From a virus: a stretch of DNA of 64,000 nucleotides. Numbering within the stretch: the stretch's first letter is position 1; every line of letters begins with the position of its first letter. This document shows positions 41,660 to 51,487 of this stretch, piece by piece. The notes beneath the pieces are model-generated. The model did no database searches and was not told where the DNA came from. It saw nothing but the letters and a program-made list of their open reading frames with translations. The stretch covers positions 1 through 64,000 of the IMG/VR virus record IMGVR_UViG_3300009103_002187, one strand, 5' to 3'. The translations under genes were made by a program, and so were the position numbers.

Positions 41660-42572
41660 CTTCCTTCTTTTCCTTTACAACCTTTGTAGATTTCGAGGTC
41701 TTTGCCTTGGTGCTTCTTCTTTTTCTTGTCTTAGGCTTATCAAATAAATCCTCGACATGCTTATTCTTTGGAAGCTGGAATCCTGCAGCTTTTTTATGTC
41801 CACCCCCGCCAAATCTCTTAGCAATTTCCGACACGTCAACTGTCTCATGAAAGGCCCGAAGGCTCACCTTTGTCAACTTGTCATCGTGATCCCAATACCA
41901 AATCATTGCAAAGTCACAGTCCGGGGCAAGACGAGCTCCGATCTCCGACATCCAGTGGGAGGCATTTACAACCATCACATCCATACCGTCAAATTTTCTA
42001 AGGGTAGCCTTTTCACAAACTTTCTTTACCACCGTTTTTGAATAAGCAAGAATAAACGAACCTCGTTTTCTAGCATCGTCAAATACAGAGTCATCTTCAA
42101 ACTTTTCAAATTCTTCAAATTCAAATGGCACCATATCAAATGCTGCACTAAATTCTTTCGAATACTCTAGCTCCCATGTCCAAAGATCACGATCTTGAAT
42201 GTATCGAATAAATTTAGGCGGCTCTTTCCCAGGATGAAAAAACTCCCAGGAAAGTATTGCTCCGCTCTTAGTCATATCAAAATGAGTATTTGAAATATCG
42301 TGAAGCTCTACCATTGCTGACTTGTGATGATCGATAATCAATAATGCGTCAGCATCCTCAATCATCTGCTTAGTTGTTGCATTATCAAATGAAAAATCGA
42401 GAATTACAACATTCTTTCCAGATACATCAGGTGGAGGCGTGCCGTGTTTGCAGGCATGATACTCAGCACGATTTCCAAGCAGCTTCCAAGCAGCATAAGC
42501 AGCACCAAAGCCATCGGTACAATCTGCATGATATATCACGCAATTCACGCTTGTTGGTTCAACCAGAGCCAT
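41646..42572 (-). CDS. DHH/DHHA1 phosphoesterase
   Basis: YHADCTDG, LDF, IDHH, SLR, GGGHKKAAG. Confidence 0.9.
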   Translation of the reverse strand: MALVEPTSVNCVIYHADCTDGFGAAYAAWKLLGNRAEYHACKHGTPPPDVSGKNVVILDFSFDNATTKQMIEDADALLIIDHHKSAMVELHDISNTHFDMTKSGAILSWEFFHPGKEPPKFIRYIQDRDLWTWELEYSKEFSAAFDMVPFEFEEFEKFEDDSVFDDARKRGSFILAYSKTVVKKVCEKATLRKFDGMDVMVVNASHWMSEIGARLAPDCDFAMIWYWDHDDKLTKVSLRAFHETVDVSEIAKRFGGGGHKKAAGFQLPKNKHVEDLFDKPKTRKRRSTKAKTSKSTKVVKEKKEDEQA

Positions 42573-43149
42573 GGTGGTTCCTTTGATTCATAAAGTCATG
42601 ATGCTCCCAACACCGGGGTTCATAAAGCTCAGCTCCCCCTACGGTGATCTCATTCATGTCTTCAAATTTTCTATATGTGTAATATGCATCTCTGCCAGTG
42701 ATAGGGCAGACAGCGGGACAAACTTCTATTTTAGTTGCCCAAGGCATCATGTCTTTGATCTCATCAAAGACATTACCAGTAGCTGAAAGCTGCAAGGAAG
42801 ATACCACAACAGTCTTTCCAGACCGAAAAATATCTAGCAATGCAGGCGCAGAACCCTTAATCATAAAGGCTTCATCAACTGCCACAACATCAAAATCTTC
42901 TTTTCTATCGCTAACGTTCTCTATAATTTCATCTCCTGATCGTACGCACACAGCAGAAAGACTGCCTCCCGAATGTGTGCTGATATCAGTGTGAGAATAT
43001 CTATCGTCCATCAATGGTTTGAAAGCAATTACCCGCTTATTCTGATAGCGATAACGATCTACAGCTGCGAGCAGCCTCGTCGTCTTAGATCCGAACATTG
43101 GTCCGGTAAAAATGATAAACTCAGGATCATTGTTAACCCCGTTCTTCAT
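42559..43149 (-). CDS. tdk: Thymidine kinase (type II)
   Basis: GPMFGSKTT, D.RY, VDEA, VGGAELYEPRC; start uncertain. Confidence 0.88.
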   Translation of the reverse strand: MKNGVNNDPEFIIFTGPMFGSKTTRLLAAVDRYRYQNKRVIAFKPLMDDRYSHTDISTHSGGSLSAVCVRSGDEIIENVSDRKEDFDVVAVDEAFMIKGSAPALLDIFRSGKTVVVSSLQLSATGNVFDEIKDMMPWATKIEVCPAVCPITGRDAYYTYRKFEDMNEITVGGAELYEPRCWEHHDFMNQRNHHGSG

Positions 43150-43594
43150 CTGACGCATCAGAATTTTTCTCCTTCTCATCAGCGGTGAGGTGTCGATCAT
43201 AATCATCATCTAACCGAACAGGAGAAAGAGAAGGCTTATCTCCTATCTCGATTATTTCGCAGTCTTCTAGCGCTTCAATTCGATATGGGCAACCTGACTG
43301 GACATTTAAAACGTCCCCTGGATTAAAAATTCCAATCCTATACGGATACCGTTCTGGATTTTTTACTGTTCTTTCATCGCCAAACATCACCTTTGCCTTT
43401 CCCACTCGAAAGAATAGTGCCTCATTTTTAAGCGGGTGATACTTTAAGCTAGTTCGGTAGCCCTTTTTTAGAAAAAGTGTCTTTCCTGTCACCCCTCCAA
43501 AACTTGACCATTGAATCTCCGAGCCCCACGGCTTGTCAGACTTTGCAGACCCAGACCGCCAGGCGGTTTTTGCTTCTTTTAATGCCATTAACAT
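43133..43594 (-). CDS. Cupin (mannose-6-phosphate-isomerase-like)
   Basis: KPWG.E, TSLKYHPLKNE, RIEALEDCEIIEI, RLDDDY. Confidence 0.75.
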   Translation of the reverse strand: MLMALKEAKTAWRSGSAKSDKPWGSEIQWSSFGGVTGKTLFLKKGYRTSLKYHPLKNEALFFRVGKAKVMFGDERTVKNPERYPYRIGIFNPGDVLNVQSGCPYRIEALEDCEIIEIGDKPSLSPVRLDDDYDRHLTADEKEKNSDASDEERG

Positions 43595-43602
43595 GCGTCC
43601 TC

Positions 43603-44631
43603 CTACGATTTTGCTAGAATATGAGGCGTTCCCTCATAAAGACCAGAAAAGGTCTGAACGCCCCACTGAGACTTAATAGAAATTTCAGATAATTGTTTCG
43701 CTCCACAATATGACATACCACTCTGAATGCCCTTCTTCAAATTAATAATTATCTGATTAACGGGCCCTTTACTCTTTACATAAGTTCCTACTCCCTCATC
43801 TGTAGGAAGATTCGTTCTAGTGCTCCCGTACCGGGAACGCATTGCTTCTTGTGAAGCCATTCCTCGAAATTCTTTCATGACACCATCTTTGGTGGAAACC
43901 ATCTTTCCGGGTGTCTCAATAGATCCTGCCAACAAGGAACCAATCATCACAAGATCAGATCCGGCTGCAAAAGCTTTTACAGCGTCACCAGAACCTCTAA
44001 TGCCACCATCAGCGATAACCTTCACACCTTGAATATCAGCTTGAGCGCAACACTCAAGCAAGCATGAAAACATAGGAACCCCGTGTCCAGTAACAACACG
44101 CGTCTTACAGCAAGATCCCGCACCAATGCCAACTTTTACACAATCTGCGCCCCATGAAGCAAGATCATTAACAGCATCAGGTGTTGCAACATTACCAGCA
44201 ACAATATAAATCTTAGACTTAAAATACTTTCTCAAGTCGCGCAACGCAGTGCGCATCATTTCAGAATGGCCATGTGCAATATCAATAATAAAATGACGTG
44301 CGCCTGCTGAATAAAGTGTTCGGGCCCTGTCAATGCTGTCACCATTGACCCCTATGGATACAAAACAATTAGCATTTGAATCTGTAATCTTTTCATACAT
44401 CTTCAAATTTTCATCTATCGTTGAAAATCTATGCAAAGCTCCAACTGCACCCAGTCCCCACATCTCAGTAGCCATCGCTGGGCCAGTAATTGTATCCATA
44501 TTTGCAGAAATAACAGGAATCTTTAACGAAAAATCTCCAATTTCTACCGAGGTACTTAAATCACTACGAGAAAAACAGTCAGTAAACTTCGGAATAAGAA
44601 AAATATCATCGAATGAATAATATGACTTCAT
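43603..44631 (-). CDS. guaB: IMP dehydrogenase (no CBS domain)
   Basis: [40 protein letters not shown], flap RY. Confidence 0.85.
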   Translation of the reverse strand: MKSYYSFDDIFLIPKFTDCFSRSDLSTSVEIGDFSLKIPVISANMDTITGPAMATEMWGLGAVGALHRFSTIDENLKMYEKITDSNANCFVSIGVNGDSIDRARTLYSAGARHFIIDIAHGHSEMMRTALRDLRKYFKSKIYIVAGNVATPDAVNDLASWGADCVKVGIGAGSCCKTRVVTGHGVPMFSCLLECCAQADIQGVKVIADGGIRGSGDAVKAFAAGSDLVMIGSLLAGSIETPGKMVSTKDGVMKEFRGMASQEAMRSRYGSTRTNLPTDEGVGTYVKSKGPVNQIIINLKKGIQSGMSYCGAKQLSEISIKSQWGVQTFSGLYEGTPHILAKS

Positions 44632-44636
44632 AGCTT

Positions 44637-45647
44637 CTATGACAAACCCCACCACACTAGTGTCTTTTCAAGACCTTCCCAGAATCCAATCTTTGGATCG
44701 TATCCTAAATCTTCCTTTGCTCTCGTTACATCTGCTTTTGTATGCATCACATCCCCTGGGCGCCAAGGCGCAGTTCGAACAACTGTGTGTGGGAATCTCT
44801 CTAGAAAGAATTCAGCAATCTGATTATTAGAGGTCCTATCGCCACAAGCAATGTTATAACACCTTCCTTGAAATCCTCCTTCTATATCTGACGTTGCAGC
44901 AAGCAAATTCGCATCAATTACATTGTCAATATAACAATGATCTCTTGATTGTGTTCCATCACCATCTGATCTCAAAGGCTTCGCTTCCTTTGTATTGTTA
45001 CACCAGGCAGAAATTACCGTTGAGTAAGGTGAATCTCCATACTGCCCTGGCCCAAAAACATTAAAATATCGCAAACAGACAATATCAATATTATAAAGCT
45101 CACAAAAGATTTTTGATAAATCTTCTACAGCAGATTTTTGCCAAGCATACGGGGACTTGGGGCTCTTGGGCTGTGTTTCAGGGGTTGGCATTACTTCAGC
45201 CCCGCCGTAAATTGACGAAGACGAAGCCCATACAACTCGATCTACATTGTCCCTACAGGCTTCAAAAAGTCGTGTAGTGGACCAGACATTCACCTCTGTC
45301 GTAAAGCCAGGGTTTTCAACTGAAAATGATACACGTGGAACAGCAGCCTGATGAAAGACAACATCGTACATCTTTCGCTTGATTCTTGCCAAAACACCTG
45401 GATGCGCAAAGTCATCCTGTATTACAAGAACATCCTTGTCAGCACGCGCAGCATCTTCAACTTCTTCAAAATCAACAAGCATTGTTCCAGCAGCAGGAAG
45501 AACCCGAAGCTTTAGACCCTCAAGAAGCTCAAGGTGCCCATTGTACATGTTATCCACAACATCAACAGTCCAGCCTTCCTGGACGAGTCTATGAGTAAGG
45601 TTGCTTCCAATGAATCCGCAACCTCCCGTTACTAAAGCTCTTTTCAT
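44637..45647 (-). CDS. NAD-dependent nucleotide-sugar epimerase/dehydratase
   Basis: TGGCGFIGS, SSSSIYG, YAWQK, RYFNVFGP. Confidence 0.92.
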   Translation of the reverse strand: MKRALVTGGCGFIGSNLTHRLVQEGWTVDVVDNMYNGHLELLEGLKLRVLPAAGTMLVDFEEVEDAARADKDVLVIQDDFAHPGVLARIKRKMYDVVFHQAAVPRVSFSVENPGFTTEVNVWSTTRLFEACRDNVDRVVWASSSSIYGGAEVMPTPETQPKSPKSPYAWQKSAVEDLSKIFCELYNIDIVCLRYFNVFGPGQYGDSPYSTVISAWCNNTKEAKPLRSDGDGTQSRDHCYIDNVIDANLLAATSDIEGGFQGRCYNIACGDRTSNNQIAEFFLERFPHTVVRTAPWRPGDVMHTKADVTRAKEDLGYDPKIGFWEGLEKTLVWWGLS

Positions 45648-45673
45648 AATTTCTCCATAATTTCGTTTATATT

Positions 45674-46594
45674 TTAATCAAGAATGTGAGCAGAGTTTAA
45701 GTTAAATCTCATTCGTACAACATCATTTTCTTGACTTAGTTGAAACTCATCATATACACATTTGGTTAAATAGTACAGGAACTTTAAATCAGTCTTTAAT
45801 TTATTTTTTACATCTGTTGATCTTAATACAAAATGCATATCAAGAATGTTATCTCGATAAACACCTTGAATAAATGAGATACACGAATCATCTGCGTATA
45901 CAAACCTTCTAGAAGAAAGATTTTGTATTAGATTATACTCATTCTTTCCTGACCGCTCGTCCCTAATCTTTTCCAAAAATCTGGTAATAATTTCACGATA
46001 ATACTCTTTTTCGCCCTGCGTTTCAAGAACACTCTCATCTATCTCTGAAAATGTTCCATCATCATAAAATGTAAACGTTATTGGTGTGGCTTCATTTCTA
46101 GGGCAGCTATCAGCAAAACGCTGAATAAATCTTGAAATATCAGACAATGATAGCATCTCGAGCTTATCAAGATAGCTTACAACCTTTTTAGCATTCTCAT
46201 CTACTTCACCGTCAATTAGACAACACACGTTTGGTTGATACATCAATCGGGTAAATCTCCCATAAAAAAGTTCATACACTCGACGAAGAGATGTCAAATC
46301 TTGAAGCTCATCACCCCTTAGATTAAATCTTTTTTCAATTTCTGAAAAAGACGGCAATAAAAATATCATCCTATTATTTAGATCATACATTTCTTTTTGA
46401 TGATTTTCTCGATGTCTAAATTGATCACGACCGTAAAGATCAGCATATACCATCATTGACAAAGATGATCTATCTTGAATGTTCCATCGAAACTTGGTTA
46501 GCTTATGGATTTTGTTATAAAGTGAAGTTTTTCCAGAAAGATCTGGCCCTTCAAGAATTACCGTTGTAGACGGAAAACGTATCATCGTAAGCAC
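45674..46594 (-). CDS. Fusion of a dNMP kinase and a thymidylate-synthase-fold (dCMP hydroxymethylase-like) domain
   Basis: P-loop EGPDLSGKTS, DRS, R; C-terminal SRR, CISFIQ..YRD, RSTDVKNKLKTD, NSAHI. Confidence 0.7.
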   Translation of the reverse strand: MLTMIRFPSTTVILEGPDLSGKTSLYNKIHKLTKFRWNIQDRSSLSMMVYADLYGRDQFRHRENHQKEMYDLNNRMIFLLPSFSEIEKRFNLRGDELQDLTSLRRVYELFYGRFTRLMYQPNVCCLIDGEVDENAKKVVSYLDKLEMLSLSDISRFIQRFADSCPRNEATPITFTFYDDGTFSEIDESVLETQGEKEYYREIITRFLEKIRDERSGKNEYNLIQNLSSRRFVYADDSCISFIQGVYRDNILDMHFVLRSTDVKNKLKTDLKFLYYLTKCVYDEFQLSQENDVVRMRFNLNSAHILD

Positions 46595-46607
46595 ACCCTC
46601 AAGATTA

Positions 46608-46635
46608 ATAGTACTTACAAAATTTCAAATGTTCA
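46608..46635 (-). promoter_or_regulatory. Class I promoter TGAACA-N16-TACTAT
   Basis: Same spacing as the other class I promoters. Confidence 0.5.
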
Positions 46636-46641
46636 GTGTTT

Positions 46642-47568
46642 TTATAGACCAGCGATCTTAGACCAATATTCAGCCAGGCCTGGAGGATCACATGATTGAT
46701 AATCATCAGCTTTTCCATCTCCTTCGGGTTCAACAACAAAAGTCTCAATTGAAAGATGTGGAAATCTCTCACCACACATATCCATAATCCTATTTAAATT
46801 TTTTGTCTGATCATCATAAAAATACAGTTTTTCTGGGTTGTATTTTTTAACAAGCCCTGATATTACGATTAGCTTATCCTCGGGTTGACCTCCACGAATT
46901 ACTTCACCCTCAGGACCGTATTTATCATCTCCCGTTGTATAAATGTCTGTTGGATCAATTCTAACTCCCGCGCTGGTTAAAATATCATGAATCTGATCTC
47001 TATTTTTTCCACTAATCGGCTTTCCTTTTCTGTCCCTAAAGGCAGACGATGTTGTAGCCCTTGCTGTGACAACAGCAACCTCAGTGTCTGGTCGATGTGA
47101 AACATCCTTTAAAATGCTGAGAACATTATTGAGGGGATCGTGGTTTAAGATATAATAAGCTTGAGAATAGTCTCTGGTGTCTTTTTTTCTAAACTCATGT
47201 CCGTACTGATCAACTGTTACCTTCTCATATACACCAAACGCAAAAGAATCTAAAAAGACAGGATCATCGGGTGTTCCAGCACCGCCAGATTCTTCATCCC
47301 ATTCAATGTTATTTGCATGAAGAAATTCTTTAAATGATCTGTTAGGGCCTCCAACTGCAACCTCAGCACCGTCAGATCTTCCCACACCCACAAGAGTATC
47401 AGTTACAGCTAGCGTGTCGTCAAAATCAAAAATATAAATTGCTTTAATTCCGTAAATCTCTGGGCCGTAATGAGAAGGAGTTTCTAAAGCCTCTTCTTCA
47501 GGCTGTTCCTTAATCATTCTTAGCTCTTCCAAGATTAAAGATCTTAATTTATCGTGAGTAATCTTCAT
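46642..47568 (-). CDS. HAD-superfamily phosphatase with head-cargo motifs
   Basis: FDFDDTL, VTAR, K, FYDD..N; MKITHDKLRSLILEEL; YWSKIAGL. Confidence 0.75.
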   Translation of the reverse strand: MKITHDKLRSLILEELRMIKEQPEEEALETPSHYGPEIYGIKAIYIFDFDDTLAVTDTLVGVGRSDGAEVAVGGPNRSFKEFLHANNIEWDEESGGAGTPDDPVFLDSFAFGVYEKVTVDQYGHEFRKKDTRDYSQAYYILNHDPLNNVLSILKDVSHRPDTEVAVVTARATTSSAFRDRKGKPISGKNRDQIHDILTSAGVRIDPTDIYTTGDDKYGPEGEVIRGGQPEDKLIVISGLVKKYNPEKLYFYDDQTKNLNRIMDMCGERFPHLSIETFVVEPEGDGKADDYQSCDPPGLAEYWSKIAGL

Positions 47569-47605
47569 AGTGTCCTCACAGTAAATATGTCGAACGATGA
47601 CCTGT

Positions 47606-50600
47606 TTACACAACAACAGGCTTCATTTTTGCACCTGATGAAGAGGCACCCCAGTTCGGATCATTCGCAGCATCAATCATCCAAAGTGTATATAACGTCG
47701 CATCTCTAGGAAGAAAGCCCCAGACACGAAGCCAGGTTGAATTATTATCACTGTCAATCATTTTAAGTCGATAGAATTTCTTACCCTTCTTAGTTCTCTT
47801 CTCAACAATTTCTTGAATACAGCCCCAGACAATTCCTCTCTGACTACCTGACAATGTGGTGATTGGTGGAATGTCAGCTTTTTCAAGCTTTTCCAAAACA
47901 TTATCAGGATAAATCAGATCTCTTGGTACTGTAGACGTGATATCTTGATAGTTGTTTACCTTTTCAGCCCTAGACCAGTCAATTGTGCCAGAAGATAGTT
48001 CAATTAACTGAGGAATAATCGGAGATGCTCCCATCTTCTTTGCTTTTCTCATCGTCATTCCAAACTTACTTTTTCGAAGATTGTCATAATTTTCAAGAAT
48101 AATTTCATAAATTTGCTTATGATTTTCAATCAATCCCGATGACATTTCTTCTAAAGATCCAAATGCTTCAATCTTGCAAAGTGACTCAAAACATCGCTTG
48201 TTCATCTTAGAATGTTTCCACACACCGTCGCTGTCATACAAGAGATTATCAAGATTTTTATATGGTCGCATCTTCATAATTTCACTAACAGCGGTGTCAC
48301 CGACACCCTTTACTGCGGTCAGAGGGGGAACAAACGCTTCAATTTCATCAGAATACTCCCATGAAATGCCCGAATAATTGATATCGGCTGGCGCAAGTTT
48401 ATATCCCATTTGCTTAATTTCACCAATTGTCTTAGACAATCCCTTCGGATTATTATTTTCAGATTGAAGAATTGTTGCCAACCACTCCTTTTCATAATGT
48501 GTGTGAAGCCAAGCTGCATAATACGAATCAATTGCGTAAGCAACAGCGTGTGATTTATTAAAGCCATACACAGAAAAGAATTCAATTCGATCAAATAGGC
48601 TGTGCAGCTTATCTTCAGGCAAGCTGTGAAGCTTCTTAGCACCTTCGACAAATTTCTCTCTTAGGGCATCTCGCTCTGCACCTTTCTTCCCAATGGTATC
48701 CAGCGATTTTTTAACAAGCGTCTTGCGCATCTTGTCAGACTCACCGGGAGTAAATCCAGCAAGCTTTTGTGCCAGAAGCATAAACTGTTCCTGAAAAGTG
48801 ATATGACCGAATGTCGGGCCCAAAATTTCTTCAATGATTGGATGATCATACTTGATCTGATCGGCTCTTCGCTTATCATTCACATACTTCTTGTGAACAT
48901 TCGCTCGAAGAGGCCCTGGACGATAAATCGCAGTCAAAGCAGCAAGCTCTTCAATAGAAGACGGCTTAGCATCTTCACAGAATCTTCTTGCTCCTTCTGC
49001 AGTAAATTGAAATACTCCCGTCTTTCTTCGCTGGTGATAGACATGCTCCCATACTTTACTATCGTCTAGAGTATTATAGCGACAATTGATATTATCATCA
49101 AAAAATGTTTTTATTTCTTGAAATGCTGGATTTTCATTTCCCTGCTTCTTTAAAATCCTGCCAATACAATTTTCCACATCTTTTAGCAGGGTCAGACCGA
49201 GAAAATCAAACTTAATAAATCCATTATCTTCTAGATTTCTAAAGTTCATGCCTTCAGTCCACGGTGTCTGAAGTTCACCTCTGACGCCCACTAGCGGCAT
49301 TGACTTTTCAAGGTCTTCAGCAGGCGCAATAATTACTCCTCCAGCATGTCTACCAATACTTCTATTCTGCATGAATAGAGACTCAATGTGATCCTTGACC
49401 TTTGGATATTTTTCCATAAACTCACGATAACGCTTAGAGTGAGTCATGCAATCCTCGTGTTTCAAAACAAAAACAGACTTTTCAGTATTTTCATCTTTGA
49501 CCTGGGGCATTACCTCAAACTGCAGGGGACCAGTAACAGCATTTACCTCATCAAAAGGAACATCATAAAATTTAGAAATATCTTTGACAAGTGACTTTAG
49601 CTTTAACGTGTTGAAATTTGAAACAGGAATTACAGCATCATCACCGTAAAGTTCTCGAGCTGCATCAATTAGAGCATCTCGATCCCCAGCATCAGAATCA
49701 ATATCGGGCCAGCTAGTTCGATGCCGTCCCAAAAACCGATCCCATAGAAGACCGTATGGAAGTGGATCGAGCTGTGTAATTCCCAAAAGATAATTTACAA
49801 TACTTCCTCCACCAGATCCTCGAGCAGGCCCAAAAAGAGTTCGATCTTCCGCTTTGTGAAAAACCTGATACATCGTTAGGAAATAATTTTCAAATCCCAA
49901 ATATTTGATATCAGCAAGTTCAGTCTTGGCCCTAGATACATACTCATCATTATCAACCAAGTCCTCCTTAACTAGCCCTTCCTTGACGAGATCTAAGAGC
50001 TGTTGAAAAGCAGTTTTCTTTGGAGTGTTGAAATTTGGAAGCTTTACCGATTGATCAATCCAGGTATCTTCGCACATCTCCCAAGCAATATCATGGGTCC
50101 GCTCAATTGCGTCACGAACTCTTTCTTGCGTCCCATTGTAAAAGTCATGCTTATCATAATGAAGCATATACTCATCCCACATCTGAGAAGCATTTTTAGG
50201 ATATAATTCACATTTTAGATCATCGAATTCGGGCAACGGAGAAACTGACTTTCCCATCCATCCTAGCTTCTTATAAAGCTCACGAGCTTCCCATTTATTT
50301 GGGCCGTAATAGTGAGAATCAGCAGTTGCGATTAGAGGAATTCCAGTTGTTTCTGAAAGAGAAAGCAAGTGCTTGTTGACAGAGTGCTGTGCATTAAGCT
50401 TATTGAATTGAAGCTCAAGAAAGAAATTTTCAACCCCTACAGCGTCAACAAAACGGTCTGTTATATTTGACAAAGTCAATTGGATCTCCTCAAAAGAGGC
50501 ACCTGATGCCTCGCCCCGAAGAACTCTATTTGACATGATCCCACCTAAGCACGCGGTAGAAACAATCAATCCTTCACCGTGCTGCTTAAGCATCTCAAAG

Positions 50601-51145
50601 TCAATTCGAGGAAACCGATAAAACCCATGTTTATAGGACTTCTTAATTAGAGTAAAAAGGTTGCCTAACCCCGTCCGATTCTTAGCAACTACAACAAGAT
50701 GATATCTTCGCTTCCAGTCATCTTTGTCCACGTCAATAGTCTTAGTTTCTTCCTCATTTTCAATAGTATGGCCAGCTGCAACTACGTCTTCATCAGCATC
50801 AATATCTGTCTTCTCTTTGGCTTTCTTTTCAGACCTTGCAGCTTTTACTGCCTCCCGATGATTATTGTAATCAATCCTCCACTGACTAAGAGATGGAACA
50901 AAATAAAATTCACACCCATAAATCTGCCGATATTTCTGGCCTGATTCCTGAACTTTCTTGGCATGCTTATACGCATGTGCCAGTCCAGATCCATTCCCAT
51001 GATCAGTTAGCGCCAACGCATCCATTTCGTTTGAAAGAACGAAATCAATGTGATCAGCGGGATATCCCAAGCCATCAAAAACTGAAAAACCTGAATGTGC
51101 GTGCAACCCGACAAAGCGCCGAGGTGGCTTGATAATCTTACTCAT
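47606..51145 (-). CDS. dnaE: DNA polymerase III alpha subunit (family C)
   Basis: PHP HAHS..S.FDG, ALTDHG, RGSGGGS, PDIDSD, HAGG, KFDFLGL, YGFNKSHA. Confidence 0.97.
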   Translation of the reverse strand: MSKIIKPPRRFVGLHAHSGFSVFDGLGYPADHIDFVLSNEMDALALTDHGNGSGLAHAYKHAKKVQESGQKYRQIYGCEFYFVPSLSQWRIDYNNHREAVKAARSEKKAKEKTDIDADEDVVAAGHTIENEEETKTIDVDKDDWKRRYHLVVVAKNRTGLGNLFTLIKKSYKHGFYRFPRIDFEMLKQHGEGLIVSTACLGGIMSNRVLRGEASGASFEEIQLTLSNITDRFVDAVGVENFFLELQFNKLNAQHSVNKHLLSLSETTGIPLIATADSHYYGPNKWEARELYKKLGWMGKSVSPLPEFDDLKCELYPKNASQMWDEYMLHYDKHDFYNGTQERVRDAIERTHDIAWEMCEDTWIDQSVKLPNFNTPKKTAFQQLLDLVKEGLVKEDLVDNDEYVSRAKTELADIKYLGFENYFLTMYQVFHKAEDRTLFGPARGSGGGSIVNYLLGITQLDPLPYGLLWDRFLGRHRTSWPDIDSDAGDRDALIDAARELYGDDAVIPVSNFNTLKLKSLVKDISKFYDVPFDEVNAVTGPLQFEVMPQVKDENTEKSVFVLKHEDCMTHSKRYREFMEKYPKVKDHIESLFMQNRSIGRHAGGVIIAPAEDLEKSMPLVGVRGELQTPWTEGMNFRNLEDNGFIKFDFLGLTLLKDVENCIGRILKKQGNENPAFQEIKTFFDDNINCRYNTLDDSKVWEHVYHQRRKTGVFQFTAEGARRFCEDAKPSSIEELAALTAIYRPGPLRANVHKKYVNDKRRADQIKYDHPIIEEILGPTFGHITFQEQFMLLAQKLAGFTPGESDKMRKTLVKKSLDTIGKKGAERDALREKFVEGAKKLHSLPEDKLHSLFDRIEFFSVYGFNKSHAVAYAIDSYYAAWLHTHYEKEWLATILQSENNNPKGLSKTIGEIKQMGYKLAPADINYSGISWEYSDEIEAFVPPLTAVKGVGDTAVSEIMKMRPYKNLDNLLYDSDGVWKHSKMNKRCFESLCKIEAFGSLEEMSSGLIENHKQIYEIILENYDNLRKSKFGMTMRKAKKMGASPIIPQLIELSSGTIDWSRAEKVNNYQDITSTVPRDLIYPDNVLEKLEKADIPPITTLSGSQRGIVWGCIQEIVEKRTKKGKKFYRLKMIDSDNNSTWLRVWGFLPRDATLYTLWMIDAANDPNWGASSSGAKMKPVVV

Positions 51146-51169
51146 TGCTCACCTTAAATAGACATCTCT

Positions 51170-51197
51170 ATTATACACTAACAGACTGAGATTTACA
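51170..51197 (-). promoter_or_regulatory. Class I promoter TGTAAA-N16-TATAAT upstream of dnaE
   Basis: Directly visible. Confidence 0.6.
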
Positions 51198-51205
51198 CGA
51201 GATTT

Positions 51206-51487
51206 TTAAGCATCGCCGAACAAAACAAATACTCTATCAAAAAAAGTTATCTCAAAACCAGGCGGGAAAAACATTTCTTTTCCTGACTCGGTGATAACTG
51301 ACAATGGAGATTCTAGCGTCACGGTTTCTGAGTGGGGTTGAGGAAAAATGTCATAAATATAAACTTCATTTCCATGTGCATTCTCAAGTCGCTGGAGCAG
51401 CTCATCAACGTGCACCTCGTACGTAAAATAAAATGTTAGTCTACTTTTCTCATTCTCAGCGATATATCGATAAATGTCCATCTTCAC
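51206..51487 (-). CDS. Hypothetical protein
   Basis: ORF coupled to the upstream gene. Confidence 0.5.
   Translation of the reverse strand: MKMDIYRYIAENEKSRLTFYFTYEVHVDELLQRLENAHGNEVYIYDIFPQPHSETVTLESPLSVITESGKEMFFPPGFEITFFDRVFVLFGDA

Noticed and set aside
43603-44631. GMP reductase call
   Set aside because: RGMAS plus a flap RY dyad fit IMPDH better, although the two families are close
47606-51145. Intein or intron in dnaE
   Set aside because: Length is normal and there are no intein splice or LAGLIDADG motifs; only a charged insert in the PHP domain
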